Assembly (NCBI GenBank): GCA_017397805.1
Contig: JAFQHW010000008.1
Coordinates: 1 to 63,750 of the forward strand
From: Clostridia bacterium
GTDB taxonomy: Bacteria > Bacillota > Clostridia > Oscillospirales > CAG-382
DNA length: 63,750 nucleotides
Reading direction: 5' to 3'
Shown: in pieces, positions 9,775 through 18,892 of the stretch
Layout: each line of letters begins with the position of its first letter
Numbering within the stretch: position 1 is the stretch's first letter
Translations under genes and position numbers: made by a program
Notes under the pieces: generated by a model
Told to the model about the DNA's origin: nothing
Seen by the model: the letters and a program-made list of their open reading frames with translations, nothing else
Databases searched by the model: none

Positions 9775-10080
9775 ATGAGAGAGATAGTTTTAACCAAAGT
9801 TAATTTTGAAGACGAAGTAATAAAGTCCGATAAGCCTGTGCTCATTGATTTTTGGGCATCCTGGTGCGGCCCTTGCAGGATGATTGCTCCTATTATTGAG
9901 GAGATAGCCGAGGAAAATGACAGCATTAAGGTATGCAAGGTCAATGTTGACGAAGAGGGCGAGCTTGCCGATGCATTCAAGGTTTCAAGCATCCCCATGC
10001 TTGCCGTCGTTAAAAACGGAAAGGTGACCAATACAGCCGTGGGATATATGTCCAAGGAAAAGGTTTTAGAGCTTCTGTAG
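9775..10080 (+). CDS. trxA: Thioredoxin
   Basis: DFWASWCGPC active site, SIP cis-Pro. Confidence 0.95.
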   Translation: MREIVLTKVNFEDEVIKSDKPVLIDFWASWCGPCRMIAPIIEEIAEENDSIKVCKVNVDEEGELADAFKVSSIPMLAVVKNGKVTNTAVGYMSKEKVLELL

Positions 10081-10107
10081 TTTTAAAGAAAGGGCACTTA
10101 CCCAAGA

Positions 10108-11445
10108 ATGGAAACCGAAAAACTTAACGGAGATTTTTTTGGCAAAGAAAAAATAAGCAAGTTGCTGTTTAAGTTAGCTCCGCCGGTGATGCTGGCTCAG
10201 CTTATTCAAGCTCTGTACAATATAGTAGATAGTTACTTTGTCGGTAGAAACAGTGAATCAGGTCTTACCGCTTTATCGATAGTTTATCCCTTGCAGTTGC
10301 TGATGATTGCGATAGCCACGGGTACGGGTGTCGGTATAAACACCGTTATGTCTGCTCGTAACGGCGTCAAGAATTATAAAGAAGCGCGTCGATTTGCGGG
10401 TATGGGTACCCCTCTTGCCATAGGTTTATGGTTTATATTTGCCGTAATTTGTTTTTTCTTAATGCCGACTTATGCAAAGATGTCCACCGATTCCGAAGAG
10501 GTAATAGCAGACGTTATAAGCTACGGCCGTATCGTTTGCTTGTTCAGCTTGGGTTTGTTTTTGGAAAGCGGTTGGACTAAAATTTGTCAGGCAGAAGGGG
10601 ATATGAAAACTCCTATGCTTGCACAAATAATTGGCGCAGTAGTTAACATAATTCTTGACCCCGTATTAATTTTTAAATTTGAGTTGGGAATTAGCGGTGC
10701 GGCGATTGCCACGGTAATAGGTCAATCGGTTGCCGCTCTTGTAGTTGCCAAAAAAGGCATTTATAAATCTCCTAAACTTTTTGAGTACCGCAAATACATA
10801 CCGCCTATTTTTAAATTGGGGTTGCCCAATATGCTCATGCAATCGGCGTATACCTTTTATATTTTTGGACTTAATATAATTCTGTCCGGGTTTTGCGATC
10901 AAGCAGTTACAGCCTTGGGGCTATACTATAAGTGGCAGACGTTTTTTATCATTCCGCTTTCCGCCATGCAGACTTGCATAGTGCCCATTATAAGCTTTAA
11001 CTATGCCACAAAAAGCTTAAAGCGTTGCAAAAAGATTCTCTCATCTTCTATTATTTTTGGCGTAGGATTGACCCTTATAGCTACTTTTTGCTTCTGCATA
11101 ATCCCCGAACCTATGCTTCGTGTGTTTTCGTCGGATGAATTGGTTATAGAGATAGGGAAGGTGGGCTTCCGTTATGTGGGAGTAGCTTTTATTCCTATGG
11201 TGGTTTCGCTGATTTTCCCCGTTTTCTTCCAAGCGGTAGGGAAAATAGGCACAAGCTCTTTTTTAACGGTTATACGAACTGTGTTTTTGTTCGTACCGTT
11301 AGGCTATATATTTTCCCGTTTCGGTCTTAATCTGTTCTGGATGACGTATCCGCTCACGGAGATAATGACAAGCCTTGCGGGGTATATTTATTACCGTAGC
11401 TTTTTGAATAAATATCAAAGCAAAACAATAAACAGCAGCCGATAA
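10108..11445 (+). CDS. MATE family efflux transporter
   Basis: About 12 TM; LYNIVDSYFVG, GDMKTPM, NIILDPVLIF, GISGAAIATVIGQ. Confidence 0.9.
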   Translation: METEKLNGDFFGKEKISKLLFKLAPPVMLAQLIQALYNIVDSYFVGRNSESGLTALSIVYPLQLLMIAIATGTGVGINTVMSARNGVKNYKEARRFAGMGTPLAIGLWFIFAVICFFLMPTYAKMSTDSEEVIADVISYGRIVCLFSLGLFLESGWTKICQAEGDMKTPMLAQIIGAVVNIILDPVLIFKFELGISGAAIATVIGQSVAALVVAKKGIYKSPKLFEYRKYIPPIFKLGLPNMLMQSAYTFYIFGLNIILSGFCDQAVTALGLYYKWQTFFIIPLSAMQTCIVPIISFNYATKSLKRCKKILSSSIIFGVGLTLIATFCFCIIPEPMLRVFSSDELVIEIGKVGFRYVGVAFIPMVVSLIFPVFFQAVGKIGTSSFLTVIRTVFLFVPLGYIFSRFGLNLFWMTYPLTEIMTSLAGYIYYRSFLNKYQSKTINSSR

Positions 11446-11462
11446 TCATGGCTGCTGTTTTT
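11430..11462. terminator. Bidirectional terminator closing the SipW operon
   Basis: AAACAGCAGCC / GGCTGCTGTTT inverted repeat between convergent genes. Confidence 0.7.
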
Positions 11463-11465
11463 AAG

Positions 11466-12026
11466 TTATTCGGTTTGTTGTGGGGCGGAATCGTCTTCGT
11501 CACATCCCCTGATAATTTTTACTAATGTTATTATTTCAGAGCTGAAAGCTAATACTACCAAGAGCATAAAAGTCAACAGTCCGTACCATTTACTGAAAAA
11601 GCTGTAAATAAAACTAATGATCCTTGCTTTATAAACGAACTTGCCAACTAATTGAGTTTCATCAATCTCCGGGTCATCCAAATAGCAGTTATTAATTCCC
11701 CTGGTGGTAAAATAATACGTTCCGTTTACAAGTTTTGGCTCTGAAACTATCTTGTGGGTTATAATTTTGCCCTTGAACGAATCTTCGCGCCCTAAGTATG
11801 AGATTGTGTCGCCTTTGCTTAAATTCTTAGGCTCGGTGGATTTTACTAATATGACGTCGCCAACGTTTAATTCGGGCTCCATGCTTGCGGAAGAAATCCG
11901 CAAAAAGCTGTAACCAAACAAGCTTGGTGTTTTTCCTGTAATGCGAGATGTCATCGTATAAATCAATACGAAAATGAAAGCAATTATTAATAAGGAGCCC
12001 AATACATATTTTACCTTCTTTGCCAT
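11466..12026 (-). CDS. sipW: SipW-type (ER/archaeal-like S26B) signal peptidase I
   Basis: N- and C-terminal TM; catalytic Ser in SSASMEP, GDVILV, His in IITHKI, TRGINN. Confidence 0.85.
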   Translation of the reverse strand: MAKKVKYVLGSLLIIAFIFVLIYTMTSRITGKTPSLFGYSFLRISSASMEPELNVGDVILVKSTEPKNLSKGDTISYLGREDSFKGKIITHKIVSEPKLVNGTYYFTTRGINNCYLDDPEIDETQLVGKFVYKARIISFIYSFFSKWYGLLTFMLLVVLAFSSEIITLVKIIRGCDEDDSAPQQTE

Positions 12027-12056
12027 TACGTACAGACCCCCGAAAATGCGTGTTGT

Positions 12057-12644
12057 TTAACCGTAAACTACGTTGAAGCTGTCAATGGTTACGGAACCTG
12101 CGGCAGTAAACTCAAGATACCAAATAATCTCTCTTGTGGCAGAAACCGTACTCGCTCCGTCGCCTTCGCCGACAACGGTAGCCGCGGGCACTTCAAACGT
12201 GTTGACTACAGGAATCCACCCTTGTGCAATTGCATCGGAAGTAACCTCAAAAAACTCCTTGGTAGGGGAGGTGACACCGATTTTAACGGAAGCACCGTCG
12301 GTTACCGAAATGCTCTTCAGTAATAACGATACGTTTGTGGCAACTGCATCGGAATTTGTCAATACGGTTTTAAAATACACAATTTGTCCTGCAACTGCAT
12401 TTGTTTCGGTGTGGCCGGTAATAGCTTCACTTGAATATGAAATCTCTTCTGTATCTGCATCCATAGTACCTAAATAAGTACCGGCATTAACGCTGTTTCC
12501 GTTAATTTGTGTACTGAAATTTAAGGTTAGATCGTTGCCTGATAAATCGGGACGGGTTGCCCATGAAAAGGTATTAATAGTTAAAGAGATAACCAAAACC
12601 AAAACAAGAACGAATTGCAAAAGTATAAAGCTAATCTTGTTCAT
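12057..12644 (-). CDS. Putative SipW-processed secreted protein (divergent TasA/pilin-like subunit)
   Basis: Hydrophobic signal ending NTFSW; beta-rich Thr/Ser/Val mature part; IIWYLE near C-terminus. Confidence 0.6.
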   Translation of the reverse strand: MNKISFILLQFVLVLVLVISLTINTFSWATRPDLSGNDLTLNFSTQINGNSVNAGTYLGTMDADTEEISYSSEAITGHTETNAVAGQIVYFKTVLTNSDAVATNVSLLLKSISVTDGASVKIGVTSPTKEFFEVTSDAIAQGWIPVVNTFEVPAATVVGEGDGASTVSATREIIWYLEFTAAGSVTIDSFNVVYG

Positions 12645-12679
12645 GGCGGTTACCTCCTTTCATAGAAATTTAATTTAAA

Positions 12680-13780
12680 TTATTGCCCCCAAGAACCGGT
12701 AGTAGCAGAATTGATTGTGTACGTTTTATTACTGCTTCTGTTATTAAGGGACCAAGAACCGGCACTGTCATCGCCGCTTACCGTCATAGAAAGCTCTTTT
12801 GCGGCTAAGGGAACTCTTACCGTCCAAGCCGAAACAGTGCTGTCATATGTGGCGCTGTAAGTATTATTTGTAGCCGTGTTTGTGATAGTAAATACCGTGT
12901 CAGTGCTATAGGTGTTTGTACTGTCAACGATCATAAGCGTTTGCTTGACACTGTCAGACCACGAGGACCACAAAGTTATGTTAAAATCAACATCGGCACC
13001 TACCGGTATGTTTCCGCACCTGCTATCCAGTGCTTCCAACCAAATCGAGCACGTAATTACCGTTGTTTCACCTTTTTTGCAGAAAAACAAACTGTTAACG
13101 TAGGTTTGGCTGTTTGCAATATCACTGTAGTCGGTACAAGCGTTGCTGCTTATGTTTGGTGTGCCGTCAGAGTTTACGCTACTTACTGCAGAAGTGTTGT
13201 CGGCACTGTAATCAAAGCTTACAGTTTGGCTTTTGTGTGTATCTGCGGCGTTGTCGTCACTAAAATGCACGCGAAACGCACCGATGTCCTCGGTAGAACC
13301 GTTAACGGAAATAATGGGAGCAGTTGTACTGAACCAAAAATTACAATCGGCATCGTCAGACTGAACTGCAAACTGAAAAGTTAATACAGAGGAATGCACC
13401 GTTTCAACGGGTAACTTTCTCCATTTTTGCCCGTCTTGCCCTGCAACACCTTCATATAGCGAATAGAAATTTTTACCGTCTGCGCTGGAAACGGGCGTAA
13501 ACTTAGTATTACTACCTGCCTCAAAATATTTGGTCAGGTCAATGGGCGTGCTTACGGTTACACCGTCTGTAGTGGTTTCGCCTAAACCTTCTCCTACCTT
13601 CACAACGGACATAAGTTGTGGAGCCGTACTGATATTCGAACCTGAAAGGGTTAGGGAAGTACCGCCCTCAAACCAAGCAAAGGTAGCCGAAATGGTGAAA
13701 AGCAATAGCTCAACAAGAGCAACCACGGACAAAACAATGCGAAGCTTGCCTTTGCCTATTAAATTGTTTTGCTTCGACAT
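12680..13780 (-). CDS. SipW-class secreted TasA/pilin-like subunit with extra C-terminal beta module
   Basis: Signal ending SATFAWF; PVSSADGKNFY; IWLEALDSRC motif; about 90-aa extension ending TGSWGQ. Confidence 0.7.
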   Translation of the reverse strand: MSKQNNLIGKGKLRIVLSVVALVELLLFTISATFAWFEGGTSLTLSGSNISTAPQLMSVVKVGEGLGETTTDGVTVSTPIDLTKYFEAGSNTKFTPVSSADGKNFYSLYEGVAGQDGQKWRKLPVETVHSSVLTFQFAVQSDDADCNFWFSTTAPIISVNGSTEDIGAFRVHFSDDNAADTHKSQTVSFDYSADNTSAVSSVNSDGTPNISSNACTDYSDIANSQTYVNSLFFCKKGETTVITCSIWLEALDSRCGNIPVGADVDFNITLWSSWSDSVKQTLMIVDSTNTYSTDTVFTITNTATNNTYSATYDSTVSAWTVRVPLAAKELSMTVSGDDSAGSWSLNNRSSNKTYTINSATTGSWGQ

Positions 13781-13835
13781 TGTCTTTCACCTCCGTTGGT
13801 GATGTGATGGGAATCAATAGTTATGCAGACAAAAG

Positions 13836-15347
13836 CTAAGCCAAATTAAGCGTTGTCCAAGCGCCAATAGGCGGATTTACAGTACTATTACCGCGATTTA
13901 GGAACGCATTGTATGAATTCCTGTTCGCTGTATCCCATGAGTGTAATCCATCATAAACACCATTTACATATCGTTTGAACATGAATTTTAATGTGGAATC
14001 TTTTCTAATCCTAACAACATAAGTATCTCTTGAAAGTGTATTTGTAATACTTTCGGAATAAGTCATCAAATAATTGGTATTTTTATAATTACCGTTTCCG
14101 TCTGTTAGGTAGTACGAAGTTGTAATGTCGGCGTTGTTAGCTCTAATCCATCCCAATCCCGTATAGTCAATAAAATAAATATCCATTGTTTGCATTCCGT
14201 CTTCCCAGATGCCACCGCTTAAGCCTTCACCAAGGGCATGATACTCAGCATCGACACCTAAAGCACCGGCATCCCATTGCATCACTGTGTTATTTGAAGA
14301 TGACTTCCTTACAAATTCTACGGACTCTGTAGTTTCAGGCAAATTAACGATCCACTTATGGTCGCTATCATATGTATCGGATTTTGTCATTTTGTAGTCA
14401 AAATTCGCATCCGGGTCATGTGCATACATTTCATAACCATCATCAGCGATCCAACTACCATACGTATCATCTATGAAATATATCGTTCTCATATTGCCTT
14501 TAAAGCCTGTTGAAAACTCAATGTTAATACCCAAGTCGTTTTTAGCATAAATTGTGTCCTTGCAATCCGCATCAGCGCCCTCAAGCCAAATTGTCAATGT
14601 TGCGTGTGCGACTTCGTTTGCGGAAAGGCTAAGCAAGTGATTATCTTCATCCTCGCTGACGAAATAATAATTACTTATAGCGTTTGCTGTTTGAGTATTT
14701 GTTGATTCGATTAACCCTTCATTGCTTACAGATGCAACGACGTTGTTCGTTACACTTTGACCAGTTTGAGAAGAATCAAAAACTATCGGAGTGCTACCAT
14801 CGTTGAAATCCAAAGAAACCCTCAATGCTGTAACAGCCGTTCCCGTAATTCTAGATTCCGAAGAAAACCAAACTTTTGTTTCTACATCGGAAGATAATGT
14901 AAAATCTACAGAAATATATTTATTATTTTTATCATTAGCAGTAGATTTTCGAAACAAAAAATCACCGGTATTAGCATCGTTATAATGCTCACCATTTCCC
15001 GTTAGGGTGCCGTTAGCGTAATTTTGTTCGGTAAACTCAGAAACAGGAAAAAAAACATTTCTACCGTCAACGCTGGTACATTCCGAAAGCATGGAACTAA
15101 CGTTGTTTACGGAAATAGGGGAGGTAAGGAATTTAACACCGTCATATCCCATCCGAAGGCCTTCGTCGGCGTGAATCTTTAATATATTTTCTGATGAAAT
15201 ATCAGTTGTTTTTTTGTTAAATAGCCACGAAAAGCTCTCATTATGAACGGTGGAAATTAACATAAGGAAGGCAACAAACAACCAAAAAGCACTTAAAGCA
15301 ATATTCTTTTTGGCGACAGAAACATTGCCTGCTTTTTTCACGTTCAT
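13836..15347 (-). CDS. SipW-class secreted subunit with two C-terminal aromatic-rich (CBM-like) modules
   Basis: Signal ending ESFSWL; CTSVDGRNVF; IWLEGADADC; repeats starting TIYFIDDTYGSW and DIYFIDYTGLGW. Confidence 0.7.
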   Translation of the reverse strand: MNVKKAGNVSVAKKNIALSAFWLFVAFLMLISTVHNESFSWLFNKKTTDISSENILKIHADEGLRMGYDGVKFLTSPISVNNVSSMLSECTSVDGRNVFFPVSEFTEQNYANGTLTGNGEHYNDANTGDFLFRKSTANDKNNKYISVDFTLSSDVETKVWFSSESRITGTAVTALRVSLDFNDGSTPIVFDSSQTGQSVTNNVVASVSNEGLIESTNTQTANAISNYYFVSEDEDNHLLSLSANEVAHATLTIWLEGADADCKDTIYAKNDLGINIEFSTGFKGNMRTIYFIDDTYGSWIADDGYEMYAHDPDANFDYKMTKSDTYDSDHKWIVNLPETTESVEFVRKSSSNNTVMQWDAGALGVDAEYHALGEGLSGGIWEDGMQTMDIYFIDYTGLGWIRANNADITTSYYLTDGNGNYKNTNYLMTYSESITNTLSRDTYVVRIRKDSTLKFMFKRYVNGVYDGLHSWDTANRNSYNAFLNRGNSTVNPPIGAWTTLNLA

Positions 15348-15374
15348 TCCTCCCTTCGTTGGTGTTTTATAGAA

Positions 15375-16367
15375 TTAAGCGTTTGTAGGTATAGCCACAA
15401 AGTTTAAAAGCAACTTATATTCACCGTTGGAAAGAGCCCTTCTGGCTTCGTTGTCACAACCGTCAAACCATATATTGATATGGGCGTTGCATGTGAAATA
15501 TCCGTTACCGTCAGGCGTATCAGCGGTTCCCAACTTCGTAGTAGCATCAGCAGGCGCCTTGTTGACATCTGCAGAGAATGCACCTGCAGACGATAAAGTG
15601 GTTTTTGCGTAAGAAACGGGGTTGTATGCAGAGTCGTAACAATAATGTGTTCTTGATGTGGTGCCAATAGTATCCGCGCCAACCCTTAAAGCGTAACTCT
15701 GCAAATTATTAGAAACGGTTAAAAAAACGTCAGGGCGTGGAATCCATATAAATTTCACATTATTAGATTCGTCAATAGCGGACATTCTAAGTGCACCAAC
15801 TATAGCATCCTTGGAAAAGTTGCCATACGAACTTGGGTTGTGTGTATCTTCACCCAATAAAACTTCCGGTGAAATAGCTCCGTCTGCTTTTACGATCTCA
15901 CAATTGGTAACAACTTTCGTTCCTGCAGCAATGTAAATATCGGCTGCTACCGAGGAACGGAAAGTGAGCGGTAAAGAAATATAATCAACGTTTTCAACAG
16001 CGTTTGACCAAGTTTTACTGCCGTCAACTTTTAATTCACCTATTTCTCCTGTAAAAGCGGGAATAAGTAAAGTTTTACCGTCGCCGCTTGTTAAATCTCT
16101 CATATCCAAATTTTCAAACATAGAATCGTTCAAAATGTCAATAGAGGAGTGGAATGTGTTGCCGCCGTCGATGGAAACTGCTAAAAAATCAGCAGTTTGC
16201 ATGGTCATACTGATGCCGCTGGCGGTAGCTTCTTTTTGGTCGGCAAACCAAGACCAAGCCGTACCGATCAAAAGTGAAATAATGGTAAAAATGAGCACAA
16301 CAAGTCTAAGAACAGCTTTAAACTGCTTCGTCTTGAATTTTTTGTTTAAAGACTTGGTGTTGTTCAT
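15375..16367 (-). CDS. SipW-class secreted TasA/pilin-like subunit
   Basis: Signal ending GTAWSWF; LTSGDGKTLL; IWFDGCD motif. Confidence 0.7.
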   Translation of the reverse strand: MNNTKSLNKKFKTKQFKAVLRLVVLIFTIISLLIGTAWSWFADQKEATASGISMTMQTADFLAVSIDGGNTFHSSIDILNDSMFENLDMRDLTSGDGKTLLIPAFTGEIGELKVDGSKTWSNAVENVDYISLPLTFRSSVAADIYIAAGTKVVTNCEIVKADGAISPEVLLGEDTHNPSSYGNFSKDAIVGALRMSAIDESNNVKFIWIPRPDVFLTVSNNLQSYALRVGADTIGTTSRTHYCYDSAYNPVSYAKTTLSSAGAFSADVNKAPADATTKLGTADTPDGNGYFTCNAHINIWFDGCDNEARRALSNGEYKLLLNFVAIPTNA

Positions 16368-16374
16368 TGTAATC

Positions 16375-18861
16375 TCACTTTTTCAAATAGTATAGAACCA
16401 GTTTGCCGGTGTCAGAATTGCGTTTAGAAAGGGAAGCGTCAATAAAAATGGGGTTCTCAAATCCAAACTCGCCCTTCAGCTTATTATAAAGTCTTTCCTT
16501 TAATTCAGCTGAAACACCTTGACATTCAACCAATACGAATGCCTTGTGAGCGGACATAAGCTTGCGCTTAGAGTCGTCTAATTCAGCCTCAACAGAATCA
16601 AGCAAAGACGCAAACGATTTTTTGATCTTGTTAGGGGAGTGGGAAGAAGAAATCAAGCAACATCCTTCGGATTCAACCGCTGCAAAACCACTGCATCCCG
16701 GTAAAAAGCCACCAAACATTTTTTCCACAAACTTTGAATTAGACTTATCTAATTTTAGCTGTGCCTTGGATGACTTCAGCTTCTCGTCATATTTGCTCTT
16801 GGCATCGTTTTCAGCCTGCTTAACGGCTTTAGACAGCTCCTGCTTAGCGCGTTTATTGGCAGCATCAAGCTTCTTTTCAAACTCTTTGTTTGCCTTGCTA
16901 ATAGCAGAAGCACTTGCGTTCTTTTCAGCTTCAATAAGCTTCGCCGTCTCTCGCTCGGAAGCCTCTTTTTGTTGTCTTAAACGCAAATCAGATACCTTTT
17001 GGAGTGCATCCAATTCGGTAACGTGCCTACTGTTGATTTCTGTGATCTTGTTTTCGTAATCTGACTTAACGTTATTAAGCTCGGCATCTTTCTCGGCTTT
17101 GATAGCTTCATATTGACGAGTAAAATCGTCACTCAAAGCTTGCTTTTCATCTGTGTGAGCCTTAATTAAAGCATTTTTCTCGTTAGAATGCTGCAATATG
17201 GTTGCCGCAAGAGAAGCTTCTGCTTCTGTAAGCTTCTGTCTAACCTCATTAAGAGTTTTATTCTTGCTTTCGATTTCGGAATCGCGTTCTGCAAGAGTGT
17301 TCTTGAGGATTCCAAGCTCTTCTGCGTTCTTATAAACCGTATCACGCAACTTCTCAACTTCCGCAGTCAAGCTTGCAATGCTGTTATTTGCATCAGCCAA
17401 CTTGGCGGATAGGGCAGTGTTCTCAGCCTTAAGAGTTGAAATTTCAGTCTTAAGATCGGCAACAGTATGTTGCAACTGCGAAATAGTATCCAAATGCTTG
17501 GAAATCTCAGCATCTTTAGCGGAGATAGCGCTCTGAAGTGCCTTGATCTGATTAGCTTGCTCGTCTATGGTAACCTTTTGTTCCTTTGCGATAGCCGCAA
17601 GCTCTTCCAGCTTTTCTACAAGGGTCTTCTTTTCCTTCTCTAACTCGAAAATCTCATCCTTCAGCTTCTGGATGGTCGTTTCGTGGAGGTTAATAAGACC
17701 CTTCATCTCCGTCATCTTGGTTTCATACTGACGAAGGGTGAATTTAGCGTGATTAAGCTGAGAGTTAAGCTCCGTAATCTGCTTCTCGCGTGAACGGATC
17801 TCCTCTAAGCGGATCTGTGTTTCTTCTTCGCGAACCTTGGCGATTTTGGCTTCGGTTTCAAGAATAATCTGTTCTTCGGGACGAAGTGATTCCTTCTCAA
17901 GTCTCGCGTTTTCCTCAAGATACTTTTCGTGAAGCATCTTTTCAAGGGCAGAGTTGGTAGCTATACTCAGAACAAAGTGTTCGTAAGACATTACGTTATA
18001 CAACGCGCTTTGAACACCTTCGGTCATTGCGCCGGAATACTCCTCGCCCACAATGTCGAAGCCCGTCTTCGTATAAGACTCAATAAACAGCCAAAGGTCA
18101 AGAGCCTTCTTGAAGTTGGGGTTCTTCGTCATCAAGTTAGTACGCTGAATAGGGGGGCGCACTAACTCTGCGCTGGCAAGATCACGTATAAGCGGCGATG
18201 CGGAAAAGTCACCCATTACACGGCGCAATCTTAAAATACGCTGATAATCCGACAGTGTTGAAACGTCGGCGTTAATATCAAAATCGCTGGATTCATGGGA
18301 CTCGTTAGCGTAGCTCAATTCAAAATCAAGCTTCTGCTCGTTGAGCGTGATACTTCTGCTTATCTGTACCTTGTGATAAGAATCGTTGGGCGCTTCCTTC
18401 ATCGCCTTGTAACGTTCGTCGACAAAGCGAGAAACGTTAAGCAAAAGAGTACGCAGAAAGCGATTCTCGTAAATAGCAAAGCTTTCTTCACGCTGAATAT
18501 CCAAAATGCGCTCAGGGGTAACGTTGTCACCCTCAACGCGGGCTATCAAGTTTGTGTGCTGTGCCAAATGACGAACGGATTCATTAGTTATCTTGCGCGC
18601 CTTTTCGATGGGAACAATGTCCTCGTTTTGGATAATGAATCGGCGCTGTTCACGGATGGCTTTATCGATGTAGGGAATAGCATCTTCAATCGCTTCAACC
18701 CAGTCCATGTCGATAACACGGCGATAGTTTTTACCGGAAAGCACGTCCTTACCGTCGTTGGCATCAGCCAAATGCCCGGAGATATAATTATGCGTAAAGT
18801 CCCCACGGAGAGTTTCTTGCATAAGCAAATATGCCCGATAATATTTATTAAAATCAGCCAT
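16375..18861 (-). CDS. DUF2357 (McrC N-terminal-like) domain protein with long coiled coil
   Basis: VRHLAQH, IYENRF and PPIQRTNLMTKNPNFKKALDLW segments typical of DUF2357; about 400 aa of heptad-rich E/K/A/L sequence; directly downstream of an McrB-like NTPase. Confidence 0.7.
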   Translation of the reverse strand: MADFNKYYRAYLLMQETLRGDFTHNYISGHLADANDGKDVLSGKNYRRVIDMDWVEAIEDAIPYIDKAIREQRRFIIQNEDIVPIEKARKITNESVRHLAQHTNLIARVEGDNVTPERILDIQREESFAIYENRFLRTLLLNVSRFVDERYKAMKEAPNDSYHKVQISRSITLNEQKLDFELSYANESHESSDFDINADVSTLSDYQRILRLRRVMGDFSASPLIRDLASAELVRPPIQRTNLMTKNPNFKKALDLWLFIESYTKTGFDIVGEEYSGAMTEGVQSALYNVMSYEHFVLSIATNSALEKMLHEKYLEENARLEKESLRPEEQIILETEAKIAKVREEETQIRLEEIRSREKQITELNSQLNHAKFTLRQYETKMTEMKGLINLHETTIQKLKDEIFELEKEKKTLVEKLEELAAIAKEQKVTIDEQANQIKALQSAISAKDAEISKHLDTISQLQHTVADLKTEISTLKAENTALSAKLADANNSIASLTAEVEKLRDTVYKNAEELGILKNTLAERDSEIESKNKTLNEVRQKLTEAEASLAATILQHSNEKNALIKAHTDEKQALSDDFTRQYEAIKAEKDAELNNVKSDYENKITEINSRHVTELDALQKVSDLRLRQQKEASERETAKLIEAEKNASASAISKANKEFEKKLDAANKRAKQELSKAVKQAENDAKSKYDEKLKSSKAQLKLDKSNSKFVEKMFGGFLPGCSGFAAVESEGCCLISSSHSPNKIKKSFASLLDSVEAELDDSKRKLMSAHKAFVLVECQGVSAELKERLYNKLKGEFGFENPIFIDASLSKRNSDTGKLVLYYLKK

Positions 18862-18892
18862 GGGGACACCTCGTTTCTAAAAAATAATCAAA

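Noticed and set aside
15048-15055. A8 tract in the adhesin-like gene as a phase-variation site
   Set aside because: The gene is in frame and such tracts are expected by chance in AT-rich sequence.
16375-17950. SMC, phage tape-measure or M-protein call for the coiled coil
   Set aside because: No Walker motifs or hinge, no phage genes, no signal peptide or wall anchor; any similarity would be generic coiled-coil composition.
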